A stretch of DNA of 64,000 nt from the IMG/VR virus record IMGVR_UViG_3300002835_000030, positions 32,001 through 96,000 of that record. One strand, given 5' to 3'. The notes below the pieces were generated by a model, which saw nothing but the letters and a program-made list of their open reading frames with translations, was not told the DNA's origin and made no database searches. This DNA is from a virus. Of this stretch, positions 19,158 through 26,375 are shown in pieces. Each line of letters begins with the position of its first letter. Position 1 is the first letter of the stretch. Made by a program: the position numbers and the translations under genes.

Positions 19158-19679
19158 ATGACACAACCAAAAAGAGTACCGATTGAGAGGTTAAATAAGT
19201 TTTACTCTCAAGAAGATTTTGAGTTAGACATCGATTTTGGTAGGGAATGGTTAGAGGGTGACATTAACATTAAAGTTATTCTCTATAGGGTAGACAGGAC
19301 TGAAACCACCAATGACGATATATATGGTGAAACAGGTAAGGGTGAGATAAGATTTAAACCACCTATAGAAATTCCTGTGAATTTTAATTACGCAGCACCA
19401 ACAAACAAAAACTACAACTCTGATGGTTCATTGAGATATTTAGAGAGAGGTAATATTACTATAGGTGTATATCAAGATCAATTAGATGAATTAGGTATTG
19501 ATATTAGTTATGGTGATTATATTGGTTATCCTGAAACAGAAACAAAGACAAACTACTTTACTGTTTCTAATGATGGTAAAATATTTGCGGATAACGCACA
19601 TACAATAGTAGGGTATAAAGGGTTCTATAGAACTATTACTTGTGTACCTACTGATTTAGATGAATTTGACGGAAGATAA
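19158..19679 (+). CDS. Head closure/neck protein (T4 gp14-like)
   Basis: LYRVD....DDIYGE....F..P.E pattern; lies next to the tail-terminator-like gene. Confidence 0.6.
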   Translation: MTQPKRVPIERLNKFYSQEDFELDIDFGREWLEGDINIKVILYRVDRTETTNDDIYGETGKGEIRFKPPIEIPVNFNYAAPTNKNYNSDGSLRYLERGNITIGVYQDQLDELGIDISYGDYIGYPETETKTNYFTVSNDGKIFADNAHTIVGYKGFYRTITCVPTDLDEFDGR

Positions 19680-19681
19680 TT

Positions 19682-20713
19682 ATGGGATTACCAAAGAACT
19701 ATAGAAAAGATTTAAAAATAACTCCACATAAACAAGGGTTCGAACAAAGACAAAGTATCTTAGATGATATTGCGAATAAAGGTACCTATCTACCAAAAGG
19801 GATTCTTCATGAAGATATGGACGAGGAACTACTTAACTATGTCAACAACGAAATTGATTTAACGTTGTCAGGTGAAAAAGTACCTGTAATATTCTTAAGT
19901 GCGCAAAGATGGGCGGAGTTTAGTAAAACTTGGCAATATTCTGATATCGATAAAAATATTAAACTACCTTTTATAACTGTAGTTAGAAAACCTGACGCAC
20001 AACAAGGAACAAATTACGCAGGATCTTTTAATATTCCGGGTAGACCAACATTTACATATATGAAAATTCCCACATGGGATGGTAATAGAAAGGGTTACGA
20101 TATCTATAAAATACCACAACCCATATCTGTTGACATTATGTATGAAGTTAGATTATTCTGTAATAGAATGAGAGACTTAAATAAAATGAACAGTAAAATG
20201 TTGGGTTCATTTTCTTCGTTAGAAAAATATATTAGAGTAAATGGTCACCCCATACCACTTATTTTAGATAGTATAGGTGATGAAAGTCAAATCACTAATT
20301 TAGATGAAAGAAAATATTATGTCCAATTATTCACTATAAAAATGATGGGTTATCTCTTAGATGAAGATGACTTTGTTGTCACACCTGCAGTTAGTAGAGG
20401 TATTCAATTTTATGAGATTAGTGAAGAATTATATCGGGCACCATATCAAATTAATGTTGATAAACAAAATAAGACTATTTGTTTAAATATAATATTTAAT
20501 AGGGGTGTTAGTAGTGTTATTCTACCAATAGAAATTGATGCGACTTATTCTGATTCTAACTTCACTAACGCGAATTCTTTAATATTTAAAATTAATGGTG
20601 TTACTAAAACATTACCATTTTCAGTTAGTAATGGTGATGAATTATACATTAAAGTAAATAAGACGGATGTTAGTTTATCATCTGATGTAGAGATAATCGG
20701 TACAATATTATGA
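19682..20713 (+). CDS. Tail terminator / sheath stabiliser (T4 gp15-like) with C-terminal extension
   Basis: KVPVIF...RW, LPFITV.R, P.P..VDI.YEV motifs. Confidence 0.55.
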   Translation: MGLPKNYRKDLKITPHKQGFEQRQSILDDIANKGTYLPKGILHEDMDEELLNYVNNEIDLTLSGEKVPVIFLSAQRWAEFSKTWQYSDIDKNIKLPFITVVRKPDAQQGTNYAGSFNIPGRPTFTYMKIPTWDGNRKGYDIYKIPQPISVDIMYEVRLFCNRMRDLNKMNSKMLGSFSSLEKYIRVNGHPIPLILDSIGDESQITNLDERKYYVQLFTIKMMGYLLDEDDFVVTPAVSRGIQFYEISEELYRAPYQINVDKQNKTICLNIIFNRGVSSVILPIEIDATYSDSNFTNANSLIFKINGVTKTLPFSVSNGDELYIKVNKTDVSLSSDVEIIGTIL

Positions 20714-21342
20714 GTAATTGCGACAATTCTAACATAAAAAAAAATTATATAGTTACAAGTACTGAAATAGATATTTTAAGTGCGTGTACTGGATTTTATA
20801 CCAATAATATTTATTCATGTAGTGGTGATACCATAACGATAGAAAGTGATATATTATCTACTAACACAATTAATTCGTCTGTAATTTTAAGTGGTGGTAC
20901 TAATTTATTAGATATTTTTGGGGGTTCAGGTGCAAACACCTTCATCACAGGATTTACATATGACAACTCAAATAATTTAAGTATTGAAAGAAATGATGAC
21001 GTTTCTTTTAATGTTAACATAAGTGAATTTAGTGGTATTACAATTAATGGTATTTTAAGTGCGTGTACCGGTATTAATACATCTAATTTATATGGATGTT
21101 CACCGATTACAATACATGATGATTTATTACCTTTAAATGACGGTAGTTCCGATTTAGGGACACCAATTAAAAGGTTTAGAGATATAAACACAATTAGTGG
21201 GACTTCCACAGTGTGGACATCATCCAGTAAAATTACAACGCCGGAAATTGATTTAGGGGTAGATAGTTCTGGAAACACTAGATTAATTACCGCAGACAAT
21301 TCTATTATAAATAACGATGTTTTATATGGAGGTGTATATTAA
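20710..21342 (+). CDS. Fibre-associated structural protein
   Basis: Repeated ILSACTG, a NTFITGFTY module, DLGTPIKRFR fibre motif, C-terminal YGGVY. Confidence 0.65.
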   Translation: MSNCDNSNIKKNYIVTSTEIDILSACTGFYTNNIYSCSGDTITIESDILSTNTINSSVILSGGTNLLDIFGGSGANTFITGFTYDNSNNLSIERNDDVSFNVNISEFSGITINGILSACTGINTSNLYGCSPITIHDDLLPLNDGSSDLGTPIKRFRDINTISGTSTVWTSSSKITTPEIDLGVDSSGNTRLITADNSIINNDVLYGGVY

Positions 21343-21387
21343 ATAATTTTTTTAATAAATTACAATATTTATAAATAAAAACAAAAA

Positions 21388-22947
21388 ATGGCAATAAGAA
21401 GTACAACACACATTTTAAAAAATTCGGATATAGTAAATCGACCGTTACCTGCGTCTTTATTAAAAGGTGAACCAATAGTAAATACTGCAGATGGTATTAT
21501 GTTATTTTCAGGTGTAACACAATCAACATCTGAATGGACACCCGCAGGAACAGGAACAACATCTAACTTTTTCGAAGTAGGTTCAAACCTTTATGATTTA
21601 AGGTTAAGAAATAAAATCACACACTATAATGATTTAACAAACTTAACAGGTAAATTCTTATCGGGTACCACAAATGGTTTCGAATTGGCAAATATTTCGG
21701 ATATCTCAGGTGTTGATACTTTTGTAACAGGATTTACTTATGATGATGTAAATACATTTACAATATCTAGAAATCAGGGACTACCCGATTTAACATCAAC
21801 CATTAGTGTATTATCAGGTATAACTTATTATGGTGATGGTACGGGTTTAACCAATATACCAATTTCTGGTGTAGTTAATTTACAAACAGAGTTAGATAGT
21901 AAGGTTGAGAACGGTGTTAATTCAGGTGGTGGTGAAGAAATATTTAGTGGTAAATCAGGTACTGACTTATATTTTAGAACACTAAGTGGTGGTTCTAACA
22001 CAACTATTAGTACTATTGGAGATATAGTTCGGGTAGATGTGTCTATTCCTGCCTCTACAAACACATTTGTAACTGGCGGTACATATAGTGACGTGACTGA
22101 TACTATAACATTAACTAGAAATGATGCAGTTACTGTTGATATTACTGGAGTTTCAAACACATTTACAACTGGTGGTACTTATAACGTTGGTACAACATCT
22201 ATAGACTTTGATAAAAATGATGGTACTACTTATAGCGTAGACTTATCTAATATCGATGTTAACGATACTTTCGTAACGGGATTTACTTACAACTCAATTA
22301 ATAACACATTCACCATTTTAAGGAATGAAGGTGAACCTGATTTAACCGCATCTATCGATACCGTATCAGGGTTAACTATTTCAAACTTAACCGCAGGTAG
22401 AGTAGTTTATGTTGGAACAGGTGGAGTATTAACTGATGAAGCTGGATTTACATATGATGCTTCTACAAATATATTCTCAGTTCCATCTGATGGTACTGTT
22501 AATGTTGGTACTGGTGGTTTAAATGTTGGTGGTGATGCAATTATTCAAGGTTCATTAACAGTATTTGGTCCGAGTATATCCGCCTTTACTAGTGAATTAT
22601 ACGTAGAAGACCCAAATATTATACTTAATTATAACCCAACAGGAAATTCGATTACTACGTCAGTTGGTGCTGGTTGGACTATTCAAGACGGTAATGGTAT
22701 TGTTTCTGGAGATGTTAACTTAGATATTATTAGACTTCAAAACCTTACGGGTCTTACTGCAACACAAGTTCCAAATGTTTCTGAATACTCAGGAGGTGCG
22801 ACTGGATACATAAACAGAGGTTGGATTACACAGTTGAATGATATTGTTATCAGAAGTACTGATGTTTCCGATGGTGGTTCACTAGGTGATATCAATGGCG
22901 TAAGGGTACTTGGGGAATTTGACACGTTAGATGGGGGTAATTATTGA
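21388..22947 (+). CDS. Tail fibre protein
   Basis: N-terminal LLKGEPIVNTADG attachment motif, four [DN]TF[VT]TG[FG]TY repeats, VEDPNIILNY, C-terminal LDGGNY. Confidence 0.75.
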   Translation: MAIRSTTHILKNSDIVNRPLPASLLKGEPIVNTADGIMLFSGVTQSTSEWTPAGTGTTSNFFEVGSNLYDLRLRNKITHYNDLTNLTGKFLSGTTNGFELANISDISGVDTFVTGFTYDDVNTFTISRNQGLPDLTSTISVLSGITYYGDGTGLTNIPISGVVNLQTELDSKVENGVNSGGGEEIFSGKSGTDLYFRTLSGGSNTTISTIGDIVRVDVSIPASTNTFVTGGTYSDVTDTITLTRNDAVTVDITGVSNTFTTGGTYNVGTTSIDFDKNDGTTYSVDLSNIDVNDTFVTGFTYNSINNTFTILRNEGEPDLTASIDTVSGLTISNLTAGRVVYVGTGGVLTDEAGFTYDASTNIFSVPSDGTVNVGTGGLNVGGDAIIQGSLTVFGPSISAFTSELYVEDPNIILNYNPTGNSITTSVGAGWTIQDGNGIVSGDVNLDIIRLQNLTGLTATQVPNVSEYSGGATGYINRGWITQLNDIVIRSTDVSDGGSLGDINGVRVLGEFDTLDGGNY

Positions 22948-23020
22948 TGGTGGTTATTACTAATTTTTGATAATTATGTGATATTTATTAAGGGGTGACA
23001 ATTGTCTCTCCTTAATTATT

Positions 23021-23065
23021 TGTGAATTACCCACTCACGATAAATTGATGGGATGGTAATTCACA
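23021..23065. mobile_element. 45-bp palindromic element, possible IS200/IS605-derived miniature remnant
   Basis: Perfect 11-bp inverted repeat TGTGAATTACC/GGTAATTCACA around CACTCAC...GATGGGAT. Confidence 0.4.
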
Positions 23066-23196
23066 TGAGAATGGAATAAATAATAAAAAAAAGGAGGTTA
23101 GACTTCCCATTTTTATTACTTTTAATATTTATATATAAAGTTATATAACTTTTAAATAAAAAAGGCTCTAAATAGAGTAATAGAATAGTCATAGAT

Positions 23197-24765
23197 ATGG
23201 CAAATAGAAAAAACACATTTCTTTTAAAGAGATCTAATGTTGTTAATAAAGCACCCTCATTAGGTGATATACAACTAGGAGAAATAGCTTTAAATACTGC
23301 AGATGCAAAACTTTTTTCCACCTACACAGGCGGTTTAACTGGTGCAACAGAAATTAGAGAGATAGGTTGGGATAGATTATCCACTATTTCGGGTGGAACA
23401 GTCAATGGTGATGTCATTATTAATGCCGACCTAACTGTTACTGGTGATACACAATTAGTTAATGTTTCTGGAACTTCTTTTTACACTGATTACATAGATT
23501 TTAACAACACATTATCCCCATTACCAACAGACATAGAAGGTAGGATTTACTGGGATGACGATAATGGTTCACTTACACTAGGAATGCATGGTGGGCAAGT
23601 TCTACAACAAATAGGTTTAGAACAATACTACTATATTAAAAACCAAAGTGGGTCAACGATTTCCAATGGTAGAGTTGTTAGGTCGGCAGGTACATTAGGT
23701 TCATCAGGTAGAATATTGGGTGAATATATGATTGCAGATGGTACCATACCCGCAAATTTTACTTTGGGTGTGGCAACTGAAGATATTGTCGATGGTGATG
23801 ATGGATATGTAACAAATTTTGGTTTAGTTAGGAATATAAATACGACCGGCTCACTTTATGGTGAAACCTGGAGTGGTGGTACAATTCTTTATGTTTCACC
23901 TACAATTCCCGGTGGTTTAACAAGTGTAGAACCAAGCGCACCTGATTTAAAAATAGAAATGGCGATTGTAATTAAAGCACATTCCAATGGTTCAATTTTC
24001 GTAAGACCAACCATTTATCCACATTTATATGATTTACAAGAAATAAATTATTCTGCTGGTACCGAAACCAATTTGGATATTTTACAATGGAATGATTCTA
24101 ACCAAACTTGGGATAAAACAAATACACCTTCATTTAGTGGTTTAACAATATATAATAATATTAACCACTTAGGTAATTACATTTTAGATGGTAATATTTC
24201 ACAAACAGGAGATTATAGTGTGACAGGTGATACATCAATTAATGGTAATTTAGATGTTACTGATACAGTAAATATAGGTACTTTGGGGACAGGAACCTCT
24301 GTTAATACATTGGGAATAGATTCTAACGGTTATGTTGTTAGTGCAACAACAAAAAATATTGTTGAAATAATGTACTTTAATACAAATTCCACAAATCTAT
24401 CCGATAACACAAATTACACTTTTACCACCAACACATCTTTAACAAGTGGCAGTATTAATACAACCCCAGGAATTCCTCTACCTATAGGAACTATAGTTGG
24501 GTGGAGATTATCAACTTATTGGGCATCTGCCCCAGTTGGTTCAAGTGAAACCGGCACTTTAAAATTATACTGGGGTTCTGGTCCAAGTGATGTGACTTTA
24601 AGTAATGCCATAACATGGGACGGTAACAGAACAGCCGTTTTTAGTGGTACTTTATCACAAGCTATAAGTGCAGTTGAGCCTAGTTGGGCTTTTGTGACTA
24701 CACCAACTTTTGTAACTAATCCTCAAGGTGTTAAAATGGTCTTAATTATACAAATGGAAATATGA
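23197..24765 (+). CDS. Tail fibre protein
   Basis: N-terminal LKRS....AP...IQLGEIALNTADAKLF; LGVATEDI..G..G.VT.FG.V module; distinct C-terminal tip. Confidence 0.75.
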   Translation: MANRKNTFLLKRSNVVNKAPSLGDIQLGEIALNTADAKLFSTYTGGLTGATEIREIGWDRLSTISGGTVNGDVIINADLTVTGDTQLVNVSGTSFYTDYIDFNNTLSPLPTDIEGRIYWDDDNGSLTLGMHGGQVLQQIGLEQYYYIKNQSGSTISNGRVVRSAGTLGSSGRILGEYMIADGTIPANFTLGVATEDIVDGDDGYVTNFGLVRNINTTGSLYGETWSGGTILYVSPTIPGGLTSVEPSAPDLKIEMAIVIKAHSNGSIFVRPTIYPHLYDLQEINYSAGTETNLDILQWNDSNQTWDKTNTPSFSGLTIYNNINHLGNYILDGNISQTGDYSVTGDTSINGNLDVTDTVNIGTLGTGTSVNTLGIDSNGYVVSATTKNIVEIMYFNTNSTNLSDNTNYTFTTNTSLTSGSINTTPGIPLPIGTIVGWRLSTYWASAPVGSSETGTLKLYWGSGPSDVTLSNAITWDGNRTAVFSGTLSQAISAVEPSWAFVTTPTFVTNPQGVKMVLIIQMEI

Positions 24766-25133
24766 TAACAATATACAGACACAAATTACAAGGAAATGGT
24801 ACTTCTAGTTGGGTTGTAGATGTGCATGATGCCGCAACAGAACAAGAAGCCACATCACAAAATCGTATATCTCGAGAACTTGTTTTTGTAAATCCATTGG
24901 CACTAGTGAAACCCGAAGTTTGGACTGTAGAATTAATAGATGCTCAAAGTGTTGATTTTTATGCCCCATATAATTTAATTATATCATCTAGTAGCAATGT
25001 TTTAAATTCTCCAACCATTCAAATAAAAGATGATAACGTTACATATCAATTTGGAAACAACATATCCGCTGGAAGCAAAATAACAGTTAACTCAAGCACA
25101 GCATCAGTTATAAACTTAAATATTCTGAGATAA
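24762..25133 (+). CDS. Hypothetical fibre-tip-associated protein
   Basis: 123 aa, ATGA overlap with the fibre gene. Confidence 0.65.
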   Translation: MITIYRHKLQGNGTSSWVVDVHDAATEQEATSQNRISRELVFVNPLALVKPEVWTVELIDAQSVDFYAPYNLIISSSSNVLNSPTIQIKDDNVTYQFGNNISAGSKITVNSSTASVINLNILR

Positions 25134-25135
25134 TT

Positions 25136-25744
25136 ATGACACTACAAACACGATATATAAAAGCTGTAGCAGCTGGTGAAGGAAGTACTCCACTCAACAC
25201 CTCAAATTTATTTAAAACTGGGGCTAATACTTCTTATACGGCTAAAGATGATGGAAATTTACAACGAGGTAGAGGAGTTGATTTTTTTACATTAAGTTTT
25301 AATAATGGATTTGGTAACACCATAAGATTTACAGATGATACTGGAAATCAAACCTATACTAGCCTAGTTGTTGTAGATTGGTCTACATGGAATCAAGTTG
25401 ATAGTACTGTTTTAGCTTATTATAAAACACCACTAAACTCCTTCGCACTAACCACACAATTATCTGGACAACCATACACACGAAACTCATTAAGTGGTTG
25501 GTATGTTTGCAATCTAAACGAACTTCACAATATTCGTAATTGGTCAGTTTATAGAAATCCTTTTAACTACACCCCCTTTAATTATAATATGGTACTTACT
25601 GCTGATTCTATTTGGAGTAGTACAGTAGAAGGATCTACAGTTGGGTTTTTCCATGCACAGACTACAATTAACGTAGGAACTTCCGGGGGTGCTCGTAGAG
25701 CCTTTATATGTAGAACATACACACTTGCAGAATTAGGATTATAA
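25136..25744 (+). CDS. Putative adhesin, DUF1566/Lcl (C-lectin-like) type
   Basis: LFKTG...DDG.LQRGRG, GWYVCNLNEL, IWSST, C-terminal FICR. Confidence 0.5.
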   Translation: MTLQTRYIKAVAAGEGSTPLNTSNLFKTGANTSYTAKDDGNLQRGRGVDFFTLSFNNGFGNTIRFTDDTGNQTYTSLVVVDWSTWNQVDSTVLAYYKTPLNSFALTTQLSGQPYTRNSLSGWYVCNLNELHNIRNWSVYRNPFNYTPFNYNMVLTADSIWSSTVEGSTVGFFHAQTTINVGTSGGARRAFICRTYTLAELGL

Positions 25745-25759
25745 AATTAAAACACAACT

Positions 25760-26005
25760 ATGAAATACAAATTTGAAAACCACAATATTGAATTCGAAAA
25801 TCCCCAAATTGAAATCCAAAACGATGGTATAATATTAATGCCAAGTCAAATGGAGATTTCTGTTAACTTAATTCTTAAAGTTAACGGATGCAAATATGGA
25901 GTTACATTAGAAAATGTTAAGGTAGATAACTTTAATTACGACATAGATTCTTTAAATGAAAAAGTAATGGTTAGACTACAAGATTTTTTGGTTGTTGAAC
26001 AGTAA
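25760..26005 (+). CDS. Hypothetical protein, possible fibre chaperone
   Basis: 81 aa ORF with A-rich start context, last gene of the fibre cluster. Confidence 0.6.
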   Translation: MKYKFENHNIEFENPQIEIQNDGIILMPSQMEISVNLILKVNGCKYGVTLENVKVDNFNYDIDSLNEKVMVRLQDFLVVEQ

Positions 26006-26072
26006 AACAATATTACGGTCGCACCAAATTAACGATAGAACAAATACGACAACTAAAGAATATTTATGGGGA

Positions 26073-26231
26073 TTAATTAATTTCATCCCCATAAATATCT
26101 GTCTTAGGTTTACATTTTTCTCTAATCAATTTTTCCACAAATGCAAACATTTTAAGACCATTCTTTTCGCAATACTCTTTTAGTAGTTTATGTGTCTGTG
26201 ACGTTATTTTTAAGTTTTTGTCTCTTTTCAT
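26073..26231 (-). CDS. Ribbon-helix-helix DNA-binding protein (52 aa; start reassigned to ATG 26231)
   Basis: MKRDKNLKITSQTHKLLKEYCEKNGLKMFAFVEKLIRE fits the strand-helix-G-helix RHH pattern; ATATTTAT (-) at 26236-26243 just upstream. Confidence 0.7.
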   Translation of the reverse strand: MKRDKNLKITSQTHKLLKEYCEKNGLKMFAFVEKLIREKCKPKTDIYGDEIN

Positions 26232-26246
26232 ATTGATAAATATGTA

Positions 26247-26277
26247 AGTATGACAAAAGTATGACAAAATTCATACT
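26247..26277. promoter_or_regulatory. Putative operator: tandem AGTATGACAAA x2 plus inverted TCATACT
   Basis: Direct repeats at 26247-26257 and 26258-26268, inverted half-site at 26271-26277, between the RHH and sheath genes. Confidence 0.55.
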
Positions 26278-26375
26278 ATTTTTTGTTGTAAAACAACAAA
26301 AATAATTTTTTCAAAAAAATCTGCATATTTATTATAAAAAGAAATTAATAATAAATATTTAAAAAATAAAATTAA

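Noticed and set aside
25136-25744. Complete diversity-generating retroelement
   Set aside because: No reverse transcriptase or template repeat is visible in this window
25992-26183. 63-aa + strand ORF
   Set aside because: Overlaps the RHH gene on the opposite strand, has a weak start and shows no recognisable features
26232-26267. Upstream ATG for the RHH ORF (64 aa version)
   Set aside because: The extension runs through the promoter motif and operator repeats; ATG 26231 gives a clean RHH N-terminus
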